Assembly (NCBI GenBank): GCA_045592425.1
Contig: JAZNUT010000018.1
Coordinates: 5,108 to 69,107, forward strand
Origin: Candidatus Egerieisoma sp.
GTDB taxonomy: Bacteria > Bacteroidota > Bacteroidia > Bacteroidales > UBA932
Length of the DNA: 64,000 nt
Reading direction: 5' to 3'
Below are positions 37,371 to 47,015 of this stretch, piece after piece (the stretch's first letter is position 1; the number at the start of each line of letters is the position of its first letter). A program made the translations under genes and the position numbers. The notes under the pieces were generated by a model, which saw only the letters and a list, made by a program, of their open reading frames with translations, had not been told where the DNA came from and made no database searches.

Positions 37371-38441
37371 TTATGCGTAAAGTTCAGTAAAGATTTTTCT
37401 CAAAGCCTCACACTCTCTTAGCTCCTGTAGAGTAAACTCAGCGTGACCTTTAGTATATCCGTTACCAATAATCATATTAACATCTGAACCGATACCCTCA
37501 GCACCAAGAGCAGCCTTTGTAAAGCTTGTAGCCATAGAGAAGAAGTAAACAACACCGTCATCTTTTGTACAAAGAACAGCTGTCATCTCCTGATCTGGAA
37601 CGTTTACACAGTTGATGGTAACATCAGCCATTTTACCGTTAGTAAGGTTTGAAACAAGCTCATTAACCTGAACTGGAGTCATACCGCCAATACTCTCAAC
37701 TACGTCACAGAAACCAAGATCTTTGATACGCTGAGTACTTCTCTGAGAATTGGTCAAACCAATAACTTTACCTGTTACACCAACACGTTTTTTAGCCTCG
37801 TAGCAGCAAAGCATACCTGATTTACCACCAGCACCAAGAACAACTACATTCTGGCCATACTGGCAAAGTTTTGCAGTCTGTGCAGGAGCACCGGCAACGT
37901 CAAGTGCAGACAATGCAAGTTTCTCTGGCATATCATCTGGAATCTTAGCGTAGATACCACTCTCAAACAAGATAGCTTTACCTTTAATATCTACCTGGTC
38001 AACATCTGGACGAATCTCAAGAATCTCATCAATTCTAAGTGGAGTAAGTGACAAAGAAACTAGTGTAGCGATACGGTCACCCTCTTTAATGTCAATTTTA
38101 CCTTTAAGAGCGTCACCAATTTTCTCAACTTTACCAAGAAGCATACCACCTGAACCGGTACGACGGTTACGGTGTTTACCCTGCAACTCAACGTTAAGGA
38201 AAATCTCTTTCTTAACCTCTTCCATGATCTGCTCCTCTGTAGCACCCTCACCAGCCTGCTGTTTAGCGTAGTTGTGAATGTCAGTAAATGATGCAGAGTC
38301 AATATTAAGTGTCTGAACGTCAATCAAGATCTCGTTATCATAGATCTCGTCCATGTTATTGTCAATTTTGTTAGCTGGCTGTGGAAGAACGCCAACTGGC
38401 TCAATCACGCGGTGAACACCGTATTTATTACCTTTTTTCAT
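37371..38441 (-). CDS. kdd: L-erythro-3,5-diaminohexanoate dehydrogenase
   Basis: 356 aa with the Rossmann motif VVVLGAGGKSG. Position and length match kdd of lysine fermentation clusters. Confidence 0.8.
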   Translation of the reverse strand: MKKGNKYGVHRVIEPVGVLPQPANKIDNNMDEIYDNEILIDVQTLNIDSASFTDIHNYAKQQAGEGATEEQIMEEVKKEIFLNVELQGKHRNRRTGSGGMLLGKVEKIGDALKGKIDIKEGDRIATLVSLSLTPLRIDEILEIRPDVDQVDIKGKAILFESGIYAKIPDDMPEKLALSALDVAGAPAQTAKLCQYGQNVVVLGAGGKSGMLCCYEAKKRVGVTGKVIGLTNSQRSTQRIKDLGFCDVVESIGGMTPVQVNELVSNLTNGKMADVTINCVNVPDQEMTAVLCTKDDGVVYFFSMATSFTKAALGAEGIGSDVNMIIGNGYTKGHAEFTLQELRECEALRKIFTELYA

Positions 38442-38461
38442 TTTATTTGTATTTTAAACTG

Positions 38462-39316
38462 TTATTTTCTTGGTTTAAGACCTAAAATTTCACGAGCCTC
38501 AGCAGAAGTTGCTACCTCTCTGCCCAACTCTTTAGCCATACGTACAACTTTGGCAACCATCTCACCATTTGATTTTGCAAGAACACCTTTCTCAATATAG
38601 ATGCTGTCCTCAAAACCAACGCGTACGTTACCGCCCATTGCTATTGCAGCGGCGGCAAGGTTGAACTGATGGCGGCCGATACCGGTTGCTGTCCAGGTTG
38701 AACCTGCAGGGATAGCATTCACCAACCAGCAAAGGTTCTGAACAGTTGCAGGAGTACAGCCAGGTACGCCAAGTACAAAGTTGAACTGCATAGGAGCACC
38801 AGGAACCTGGCCTTTTTTAGCCATGTTAAGGATGGTGTCAAGGTGACCCATCTCAAAGCACTCGTACTCAGGTTTGATATCGTTCTCAAGCATTCTTTTT
38901 CCAAATGCTCTCATAATAGGCATAGTGTTCTCAAACACATCGTCACCAAAGTTGCAGGTACCGCAATCCAAAGTAGCCATCTCTGGGAACAGCTCAGTTG
39001 GCTGAAGACGCTCCTCAGCTGACATACCTACCGCACCACCAGTAGAAGGGATAAGGATTACATCCGGACACTCTTTAAGAATAGCGTCAATACACTCTTT
39101 GAAACGAGCTTTGCTCTGGGTAGGGGTACCGTCATCCTCTCTTACATGCAAGTGAACAATAGCTGCACCTGCATCAACAGCTGATTTAGCCTCTCTAACA
39201 ATTTCCTCTACAGTATAAGGAACTGCAGGGTTCTGCTCTTTGGTTACCTCAGCACCGCAAATAGCAGCAGTAATGATAAGTTTAGCCATATCAGTTGTTA
39301 TTTTTTTCTTTGGCAT
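38462..39316 (-). CDS. kce: 3-keto-5-aminohexanoate cleavage enzyme (BKACE/DUF849)
   Basis: 284-aa BKACE-type TIM-barrel pattern ([11 protein letters not shown]...HLHVRE). Confidence 0.85.
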   Translation of the reverse strand: MPKKKITTDMAKLIITAAICGAEVTKEQNPAVPYTVEEIVREAKSAVDAGAAIVHLHVREDDGTPTQSKARFKECIDAILKECPDVILIPSTGGAVGMSAEERLQPTELFPEMATLDCGTCNFGDDVFENTMPIMRAFGKRMLENDIKPEYECFEMGHLDTILNMAKKGQVPGAPMQFNFVLGVPGCTPATVQNLCWLVNAIPAGSTWTATGIGRHQFNLAAAAIAMGGNVRVGFEDSIYIEKGVLAKSNGEMVAKVVRMAKELGREVATSAEAREILGLKPRK

Positions 39317-39687
39317 TTAACAGGAACTACGCAAGTACCGCTTGCTTTACATACAAGGATTGGCTCCTCAAGAACGTCAGCAGCAGAGTCAGAGATGTCA
39401 GGACGAGGTACGATAACTTTCTTAGCCTCAAATACCATCTTTCTTGATGAATTTCCTGTAGAAACGATCTCACCGGTTGCCTCAATGTAATCACCTGCAT
39501 AAACAGGAGCCATGAACTCAACGCTGTCATAAGCTTTAAACAAACCCTCGTCACCATCATTGATGATAAGAAGCTCAGTTGCAACGTCACCGAACAAGTT
39601 CAACATTCTTGCGCCGTCAACAAGGTTTCCACCGTAATGAGCATCGTGGCAGCTCATTCTAACTCTAATTAAAGCTTTTTTAGTCAT
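39298..39687 (-). CDS. kal: 3-aminobutyryl-CoA ammonia-lyase (hotdog fold)
   Basis: 129-aa small hotdog-like protein between atoD and kce, as in described lysine fermentation clusters. It overlaps kce by 19 nt. Confidence 0.7.
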   Translation of the reverse strand: MTKKALIRVRMSCHDAHYGGNLVDGARMLNLFGDVATELLIINDGDEGLFKAYDSVEFMAPVYAGDYIEATGEIVSTGNSSRKMVFEAKKVIVPRPDISDSAADVLEEPILVCKASGTCVVPVKCQRKK

Positions 39688-39707
39688 AGGAAAAGTATTT
39701 TAAATGT

Positions 39708-40355
39708 TTATTTTGAGTAAATATAATCAACAAAAATTGCAGGGGTATGAACCTGCTCAGGAGCAATCTCTCCAGTTTTAACAACCTTCTCAGCCTCTAC
39801 AATCACCAAATCAGCGGCAGTTGCCATAAGCGGGTTGAAGTTCTGGGTTGTTCCAACATATACAAGGTTACCATCCTCATCTGCCAAAGTAGCACCCAAA
39901 AGGGCTACATCAGCTTTGATAGGTTTCTCCAAAAGGTACTCTTTGCCATCAATGACAATGGTCTGTTTGCCCTCAGCAACTACAGTACCCAAACCTGTAG
40001 GGGTAAGAACACCACCCAAGCCTGCACCTGCAGCTCTCACTCTCTCTGCCAATGTACCTTGAGGACTGAACTCAATCTCCAACTCGCCCGAGTTCATCTG
40101 CTCACTGGTATTAGGGTTGGTTCCAATATGTGATACAATAACCTTCTTCACCTGTTTGTTGGTAATAAGCTTTCCATGTGCAACATCTGCATAAGCAGTA
40201 TCATTACAAACAAGGGTAAGATCCTTCACACCACTTTTTGCCAATTCATCAAGAATTGCAATTGGGCTACCGGCAGCCAAAAAACCGCCAACCATTACTG
40301 TCATGCCATCCTTTACCTTAGAAACGGCATCCTGCAAAGAAATTCTTTTGTCCAT
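39708..40355 (-). CDS. atoD: 3-oxoacid/acetoacetate CoA-transferase subunit A
   Basis: 215 aa with N-terminus DGMTVMVGGF typical of family I CoA-transferase alpha subunits. Confidence 0.88.
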   Translation of the reverse strand: MDKRISLQDAVSKVKDGMTVMVGGFLAAGSPIAILDELAKSGVKDLTLVCNDTAYADVAHGKLITNKQVKKVIVSHIGTNPNTSEQMNSGELEIEFSPQGTLAERVRAAGAGLGGVLTPTGLGTVVAEGKQTIVIDGKEYLLEKPIKADVALLGATLADEDGNLVYVGTTQNFNPLMATAADLVIVEAEKVVKTGEIAPEQVHTPAIFVDYIYSK

Positions 40356-40420
40356 TATAATTTTATATTAAAATTTGCCTAAAAAATAGTACATACCTCA
40401 TGCCTGTACTAATAGCAAGG

Positions 40421-40428
40421 CAAAAATA
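40421..40428 (-). promoter_or_regulatory. possible -7 box (TATTTTTG) for the lysine operon
   Basis: TAnnTTTG match on the minus strand, ~65 nt upstream of the atoD ATG in an AT-rich divergent region. Confidence 0.25.
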
Positions 40429-40517
40429 GATAAATAAAATGTGATTTCAAATAACAAACGTGTTATAAATTTAACAAAAAACATAAATTTTAATTCACAC
40501 TTTTAAAGTATTGTTAG

Positions 40518-40525
40518 TATATTTG
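40518..40525 (+). promoter_or_regulatory. possible -7 box (TATATTTG) for crt-hbd
   Basis: TAnnTTTG match ~43 nt upstream of the crt ATG. Confidence 0.3.
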
Positions 40526-40568
40526 TCTTGCGTAAAAGCCAAAATTGAAAATCAACAATAAAAACACT

Positions 40569-41348
40569 ATGGAATACACAAAACTTATTGTAGAAAAACA
40601 GGATGCTGTTTGCATTGTAAAAATCAACAACCCTCAGGCAATGAACGCTTTGAACTCAACAGTCCTTAGCGAGCTTGATGCTGCTTTCACAGAGATTGCC
40701 GCTGATCCACAAATTAAGGTTGCCGTTATTACCGGTGAGGGTCGTGCGTTTGTTGCAGGTGCGGATATTGCACAAATGAGCACAATGAACGCAACTGAGG
40801 GCAAAGCTTTCGGTGAGCAGGGTGCTGCAGTATTCAGAAAAATCGAGACACTCCCTGTCCCTGTCATTGCGGCTGTCAACGGCTTTGCATTGGGTGGAGG
40901 TTGTGAGCTTGCCATGGCTTGTGACATCAGAATTGCATCAGCAAAGGCAAAATTCGGCCAACCGGAGGTTGGTTTGGGCATCACCCCTGGTTTCTCGGGA
41001 ACACAAAGACTTCCAAGACTTGTCGGGATGGGTATTGCAAAAGAACTTATCTATACAGCAGACATTATTGATGCTGCAGAGGCATACAGAATTGGCCTTG
41101 TAAATAAAGTTGCGGAGCCTGAGGTACTTATGGAGGAGACCATGAAGATGGCTGCCAAAATAGCCTCCAAAGCCCCTATAGCTGTACGATACAGCAAAGA
41201 GGCTATAAACAGAGGAGTTCAGACAGACATTGACACTGCCATTGCAATTGAGGCCAACCTGTTCGGACTTTGCTTTGCAAGCGAGGACCAGAAAGAGGGT
41301 ATGGGTGCTTTCCTCAAGAAAGAGGCTCCACAGTTCAAGAACAGATAA
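40569..41348 (+). CDS. crt: crotonase / short-chain enoyl-CoA hydratase
   Basis: ECH motifs (ITGEGRAFVAGADI; NGFALGGGCELAMACDIRIA). The track start at 40545 is TTG, so ATG at 40569 is preferred. Confidence 0.9.
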   Translation: MEYTKLIVEKQDAVCIVKINNPQAMNALNSTVLSELDAAFTEIAADPQIKVAVITGEGRAFVAGADIAQMSTMNATEGKAFGEQGAAVFRKIETLPVPVIAAVNGFALGGGCELAMACDIRIASAKAKFGQPEVGLGITPGFSGTQRLPRLVGMGIAKELIYTADIIDAAEAYRIGLVNKVAEPEVLMEETMKMAAKIASKAPIAVRYSKEAINRGVQTDIDTAIAIEANLFGLCFASEDQKEGMGAFLKKEAPQFKNR

Positions 41349-41389
41349 CAGACATTTAACATAACATAAACTAAATTTTACAGAATACT

Positions 41390-42235
41390 ATGAAAGTAGC
41401 AGTTGTAGGTAACGGAACAATGGGTAACGGTATTGCCCAGACATTTGCAGTTGCAGGTCACGACGTAATCATCAAAGGCCGTTCAGACGCATCATTGGCT
41501 AAAGCTCACGCTTCTATTGAGAAAAGCCTTGCAAAAATGGTTGAGAAAGGCAAAATGGAGGCTGCAGACAGAGATGCAACCCTTGCAAGAATCAAAGACA
41601 CAAAAGTATATGAGGATCTTGCAGATGTAGATCTTGTAGTAGAGGTTGTGGCAGAGGATATGGCCATTAAAGAGGAGATTTTCAAAACTTTGGATCAGAT
41701 TTGCAAACCAGAGGCTATTTTGGCAACAAACACCTCTTCACTTTCAATCACTCAGGTTGCTTCTTATACAAACCGTCCTGAGAAAGTTATTGGAATGCAC
41801 TTCTTCAACCCTGTTCCAATGATGAAACTTGTAGAGGTTATCAAAGGCCAGCTCACTTCAGACGAGGTTCACCAGACTATCATAGAGGTTTCAAAACAGA
41901 TTGGCAAAACCCCTGTTACAGTTAATGAGGCTCCTGGTTTTGTTGTTAACAGAATCCTTATCCCTATGGTTAACGAGGGTATCGGTATCCTTGCAGACGG
42001 CGTAGCTACAAAAGAGGAGATTGACGAGGCTATGAAACTTGGTGCAAACCACCCAATGGGACCTTTGGCTCTTGCAGACCTTATCGGTTTGGATGTATGT
42101 CTTGCAATCATGGAGGTTCTTTACAATGAGTTCGGTGATACCAAATACAGACCTCACCCACTACTTAGAAAAATGGTTAGAGCCAAATTGCTTGGTAGAA
42201 AAACCGGCGTTGGTTTCTATGACTACAGAAAATAA
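41390..42235 (+). CDS. hbd: 3-hydroxybutyryl-CoA dehydrogenase
   Basis: MKVAVVGNGTMGNGIAQ NAD fold plus the 3HCDH C-domain; 281 aa. Confidence 0.92.
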   Translation: MKVAVVGNGTMGNGIAQTFAVAGHDVIIKGRSDASLAKAHASIEKSLAKMVEKGKMEAADRDATLARIKDTKVYEDLADVDLVVEVVAEDMAIKEEIFKTLDQICKPEAILATNTSSLSITQVASYTNRPEKVIGMHFFNPVPMMKLVEVIKGQLTSDEVHQTIIEVSKQIGKTPVTVNEAPGFVVNRILIPMVNEGIGILADGVATKEEIDEAMKLGANHPMGPLALADLIGLDVCLAIMEVLYNEFGDTKYRPHPLLRKMVRAKLLGRKTGVGFYDYRK

Positions 42236-42259
42236 GCCACAGCTTGTTCATAAAAAAAT

Positions 42260-42291
42260 AGAGGTTGGATCATTTCCAACCTCTTGTTTTT
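42260..42291 (+). terminator. bidirectional rho-independent terminator
   Basis: AGAGGTTGGA-TCATT-TCCAACCTCT followed by TGTTTTT, with an A-tract upstream. Confidence 0.8.
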
Positions 42292-42307
42292 ATGTATATC
42301 CCAATTT

Positions 42308-43438
42308 TTACAAATTCTTCCTGCCAGCTACAGGATTTGCATAGATAGAGAGGAAAATCTCCCTCAATTCATCCTTATCAGCCTCCACTTTAGCCATTTT
42401 GTGCTCCATATACTGCACAAAAGCCTCTTTCTGCTCAGGAGTATATTCACTTGAACACTCATCTGTAGAATTGAGTATATCGTATGCTATGTAGTTGTTT
42501 GGCCACAACTTGTAGTTTGCAATAATTTTTTTGTCCATACAGGCTGCAAGTGCCTTGAACCTCTCATTCTTATCAAGCTCCGCTGCAGCATTCACCTCCT
42601 GCTCTGTAACCGGCTCATTGAACTGGATATGTACCCTACCCTTAGGCTGCATTATACCAGTAAGGATACTGTTCAGATCCTCCCCCTCAGCCTTAACATA
42701 TTTCTGCCTGCGGCTGATATAAATCTCCATGGCTTTATATAGGTCACAAGGCTCAAACTCATAAGAAATGGATGTAGGCAAAATGTGAAGCTCTGTGAAG
42801 TCCTTTACAAAATCTCCACTACCGCTCATATCAAACATCTTGAGCAACCCCTGCTCTGTCATGTCTGTCCCATCTTTTGTACGGCCGTTCCTCTGAGCAA
42901 TCCAAATGGAACTCTCCTGACTGGAAACATTGTATCTTATATACTCAGACAATATCTTTGATGTGGTATAAACCTCTCTTGGAGAAGTACTCCTTATAAC
43001 CTTTATCATCTTATTGCTACGGCAGATATCCTCAATGAATGAAGAGGTGATAAGATTGTCCCCCACTGCAATCTCGGTTGTCTGGGCACCATACAGATGT
43101 ATGATAAGCTGAATGAATGCAGAATCAAGAACAATATCCCTGTGATTTGAAACTATAAGATACTTTTTACCACCGTCAAAATACTCCAAACCTGCATGAG
43201 TAAGCCCCGAAGTTGTATCCTTTATAATTTTCTGTACTATTCCCGACATCACCTTAACCTGAAAATCCTCCTTGGAATTACAGCTCAAAAGCAACTTCTT
43301 GAACATGGTAACATCCTGGCCAGGAAAAAGATAGTTTGCAATATTGTCCAACAAAGGGTTGGCAACAATTCTCTCCAAAGCAGGATGAACCTCAGAATCA
43401 TTATAAGGTCTTATGCCATCAAATTTATTTATATCCAT
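42308..43438 (-). CDS. PlsC-family (HX4D) acyltransferase
   Basis: Motif VSNHRDIVLDSAF. The track start at 43471 is TTG, so ATG at 43438 is preferred. Confidence 0.7.
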   Translation of the reverse strand: MDINKFDGIRPYNDSEVHPALERIVANPLLDNIANYLFPGQDVTMFKKLLLSCNSKEDFQVKVMSGIVQKIIKDTTSGLTHAGLEYFDGGKKYLIVSNHRDIVLDSAFIQLIIHLYGAQTTEIAVGDNLITSSFIEDICRSNKMIKVIRSTSPREVYTTSKILSEYIRYNVSSQESSIWIAQRNGRTKDGTDMTEQGLLKMFDMSGSGDFVKDFTELHILPTSISYEFEPCDLYKAMEIYISRRQKYVKAEGEDLNSILTGIMQPKGRVHIQFNEPVTEQEVNAAAELDKNERFKALAACMDKKIIANYKLWPNNYIAYDILNSTDECSSEYTPEQKEAFVQYMEHKMAKVEADKDELREIFLSIYANPVAGRKNL

Positions 43439-43499
43439 AATCTTCACATAGGTAGGTATAGTTATTGGCAAAGTTAAGAAAATGAATCCAAAACTACAA

Positions 43500-45179
43500 T
43501 TAAAGTACTCTCCTCTTAAGGCAATAATACTGCGAAATAACTGAGAATATATAGATTACAGCAATGAACATTATTACCCCCAAAGAACCCAATGTAATTG
43601 CCACAAATAGCAGATTTAGAAAATAAACTCCTAACAACATGACAATTAGACATGATACAAGATACAACCATTTAAAATTCTTTGCTATACTGAAGAACAT
43701 TGCTAAAGATGAGGTAGCCAGAGGGATAAGGAAGAAGAAGTTCTCCCCCAGCCCTATAAGGCAAACAGCAGACAAAACAAGCAGCAGGACATTTGTCCCC
43801 AACAGAAGATTCCACATATAACATTTGTTCTTCCTCTCCTGAAGTCTGCTGAAAACCAATATCCATAAAATACATGCAAACAAAGCCACCAAGGAAATAT
43901 GTCTGTCGTACGGGATATATCTCAAATCCACAATACTGAATTTCATTCCCCAATGCAGTGCGGATACATAAGAGACCGCAAATCCGCACCCCAGCGCCAC
44001 AACAGCAAACATAAGCACATGCAAAACCCCTTTGAACACCTCTTTCAAACGTATAATCTTATATCTCACATAAATATAAAGCACAAAGAGGAACAGAGCA
44101 TAAACCAACAGATTTATAATCAGATACGCCGTCTTTGAGAATTTGAACAGCCCCAGTAGCGGAAGTGCAAAAAAGACCACATCCCTATCCCCTCTGAGAG
44201 CATCCTTGTGAGAGTACTCCGCATTGGTCAGATACTCATATACAATGGGCTGCAACTGGCTGCCATAATGCTGGAGGGACTCAAGCGAAATATTGTCATA
44301 ATTATCCTTATCAGTGTGGTAATAATGCAAATCCTCTATTACAGAGAAATTGAGCCCCGGAATGGAGTCCTTTATTATTGTAAAATCGGTAAAATTGGGA
44401 AGAAGTGCATACACAACAGATGTAAGGGAGAATCCGTGAGGCTTGTCTGCATTTGAATAAAGCTCCATAAGTTTCTCATTTCCAGGGGAGGTCTCAAAAA
44501 GCAAAGCAGGCCCCTTGACACCTCTTGCCTCTATATTCACCGCCAGGTTCACCCCCTCAAATATCTCCTTATTCTTCTCCCACGCACTTCGCATTCCATC
44601 AAGATTATGCTCCTCAGCATCAGTGAAAAGCACCTTAATACCCTGATTCCACTCCTGTCTGTATTTGAGTGCCCCTGAAACAAGCTCCAGAATCACACCA
44701 AGACCATATCCGTCATCAGCAGCCCCATAAGAAAAGACTGTATCCTTACCCACAATCTGCCTGTATCTTGAGTCATAATGTGCTACAAGGAGAATGTAAG
44801 ACTCCTCAGAATTCCCTGCAGATGGGCTGTCGGGATTGATTTTAGCTGGCGGAGGAAAGACTGAAAAAATATTTGCATAAGAAAATTCACCCCCTATTTT
44901 GCTTGGAATAGTGTCATACTCAATAATTTGAGTCTCTCCACCCATCTGGTGCAGCCTATAAAAAAGATAATCTGCCAGAACTTTTCTCTCTTTTGGGTGT
45001 TGTATAGAGTGTGGCGTTTTTGCAATAACCCTAATATCATCAGAAACACGCAAGGCCGAGAACTCTTGCGAGTCTCTGTTGTTTATATGCTGTTTGGGAT
45101 ACACACCAAGGGCAACGACAAAAGCAAAGACTACACATGCGTAAAAAGCTAAAGTCTTATATAGATTACGGATATGCAT
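43500..45179 (-). CDS. M28-family metallopeptidase fused to a polytopic membrane C-terminal domain
   Basis: M28 metal-ligand motifs (VAHYDS; GAADDGYG; FTDAEEHNLDG), followed by ~6 TM helices. Confidence 0.75.
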   Translation of the reverse strand: MHIRNLYKTLAFYACVVFAFVVALGVYPKQHINNRDSQEFSALRVSDDIRVIAKTPHSIQHPKERKVLADYLFYRLHQMGGETQIIEYDTIPSKIGGEFSYANIFSVFPPPAKINPDSPSAGNSEESYILLVAHYDSRYRQIVGKDTVFSYGAADDGYGLGVILELVSGALKYRQEWNQGIKVLFTDAEEHNLDGMRSAWEKNKEIFEGVNLAVNIEARGVKGPALLFETSPGNEKLMELYSNADKPHGFSLTSVVYALLPNFTDFTIIKDSIPGLNFSVIEDLHYYHTDKDNYDNISLESLQHYGSQLQPIVYEYLTNAEYSHKDALRGDRDVVFFALPLLGLFKFSKTAYLIINLLVYALFLFVLYIYVRYKIIRLKEVFKGVLHVLMFAVVALGCGFAVSYVSALHWGMKFSIVDLRYIPYDRHISLVALFACILWILVFSRLQERKNKCYMWNLLLGTNVLLLVLSAVCLIGLGENFFFLIPLATSSLAMFFSIAKNFKWLYLVSCLIVMLLGVYFLNLLFVAITLGSLGVIMFIAVIYIFSVISQYYCLKRRVL

Positions 45180-45242
45180 AAGTAATTTGTCTTTTAGTAT
45201 TTTACCATCACAAAGATAATAAAATGATTATAACCTTGTAAC

Positions 45243-47015
45243 ATGTACAGAACAGCTTCACCATACATAAAGGAACTTTTAAAAGGGGAGATCAGGTGGA
45301 ACCCCTTTACAATGGAGACTCTGCAGAGGGCCATCCACCAGGATAAAATAATCTTCCTCCATATAGGCAACATCTCCAACATAAACAGACGCAACGCAGC
45401 ATATAACTTATTCAATAACAAGGATGTAATAAACATTATAAACAACAACTTCATACCGGTGGCCATAGATACGGAGGATGTGCCTGAGGCCTACCTGATA
45501 GGGATGGATTTGCTCCTTATAAACGAACAGAAAATCTCAGACCACATAAATATCTTTTCCCTCCCCGGTATCAGGCCAGTAACCTCATTTTCCAGCCTTC
45601 TTCCCGACGATTTCCTATATATTGCCAACAACCTCCTCATTTCATACCAGGACAACAGGGAAAAACTTGAACTTGCCAGCAATTACCTTACAGAAAGACT
45701 GAAATTTTCCGGAATCGTTACAAAAAAAGAAGACTCCAAAAACATATCACCCAAACTCCTCCACGCATATATAAGGAGCTGGGCATCGAGATTCCTCGAC
45801 AAAGAGAACAAAATAAGGCGTACTCCATACAGAATTACAGCAAGAAACCTCCATTTCATACTGGAATATGCCCACCGGTTCAATGTTAAGGAATACATGC
45901 AATATGTGGAGGAGACACTTACACATGTATATTATTCCCCCCTATTCGACCCGATAGATGGAGGGGTATTCTCCGAGGCTGTTGACTACTCTTTCCAAAA
46001 GCCATCTTTTGAGAAGAACATTTACGAGAACGCCAATGCGGTAATTTTATACACTACAGCACATAAATACTTTAAAAAGAGGATATTCAAAGAGGCTGCA
46101 GAGAGAATTGTCAACTTTCTTGAACAACAGATGAACCTGGGGGGAAAAGGTTATATCACATATATCACACTGAGCAAAAGTCCTAAAGAATCCACATACT
46201 ACAAATACTCTCTTGCAGAACTTGAAGAGGCATTTCCAACACAATACAGAAACATTGCCAAAAGACTAGGAATGAATCTGTCTGAAGATGCGGGTGCATA
46301 TCAGACAATATCAAATACGCCCCAATACTGGGAAATAAGTCCTGATGAACTTGAAAAACTGAAAAAAATCAGATACACCAAAAAGGGAGAAGTCATATAT
46401 GACAAAAGGGTTATGACAGGTTACAACTGTAGAACCGCCGTAGCATTATGCACAATGGCAAGAAACAGAAGAATGGGGGAAAAACAACACTATCTGCAGA
46501 TGGCAACCGATATTATAGAGAACATTCTGCAGCACCAGAGAAAGGGGGAAATACAATTATACAAATACATTAAGCCAACAAGGGTAGAATACTCTATATC
46601 AGACTTGTATGATTATTCCCTATTTCTCAATTGTCTATTGAACCACTATATGATAACCAAGAATGTGAAGTATAAGAAGCTTGCCAAAACCTATACAAAA
46701 TACATTATGGAGAACCATTTCCAACCCCAGAGCGGAATGTTCACAAAAATGGCTGCCAACCAGTCAATAAAAAATCTGAAAAGAGCACCTGTAATAGACT
46801 ACAACACACTCTCTTCAAACTCAATTATGGCAGAAAACCTCCTGATGCTGTATAAAATAAGCAAGGGGAAAAGTATTTATATCAATACTTTCAAACAGCA
46901 GATATATAACATTGAACCACAGCTTATTGGAAGTGGGCCATTTATGACAGGATGGGGTATGCAGGTACTCAATTTTCTAACCGGTTTGGCATCAGATACC
47001 CCTGAAGAGGAGTGA
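45243..47015 (+). CDS. DUF255 / YyaL-like thioredoxin-fold plus alpha-alpha-barrel protein lacking the CxxC motif
   Basis: N-terminus aligns by eye to DUF255 (SPYI...KIIFLHIGNISNINRRNA...FIPVAIDTEDVPE), but the family's usual STCHWCHVM reads NISNINRRN. Confidence 0.45.
   Translation: MYRTASPYIKELLKGEIRWNPFTMETLQRAIHQDKIIFLHIGNISNINRRNAAYNLFNNKDVINIINNNFIPVAIDTEDVPEAYLIGMDLLLINEQKISDHINIFSLPGIRPVTSFSSLLPDDFLYIANNLLISYQDNREKLELASNYLTERLKFSGIVTKKEDSKNISPKLLHAYIRSWASRFLDKENKIRRTPYRITARNLHFILEYAHRFNVKEYMQYVEETLTHVYYSPLFDPIDGGVFSEAVDYSFQKPSFEKNIYENANAVILYTTAHKYFKKRIFKEAAERIVNFLEQQMNLGGKGYITYITLSKSPKESTYYKYSLAELEEAFPTQYRNIAKRLGMNLSEDAGAYQTISNTPQYWEISPDELEKLKKIRYTKKGEVIYDKRVMTGYNCRTAVALCTMARNRRMGEKQHYLQMATDIIENILQHQRKGEIQLYKYIKPTRVEYSISDLYDYSLFLNCLLNHYMITKNVKYKKLAKTYTKYIMENHFQPQSGMFTKMAANQSIKNLKRAPVIDYNTLSSNSIMAENLLMLYKISKGKSIYINTFKQQIYNIEPQLIGSGPFMTGWGMQVLNFLTGLASDTPEEE

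Noticed and set aside
40356-40568. Lysine riboswitch upstream of the lysine fermentation operon
   Set aside because: The divergent intergenic region is AT-rich and lacks the long multi-helix structure and conserved G-rich core of L-box elements. It looks like plain divergent promoters.
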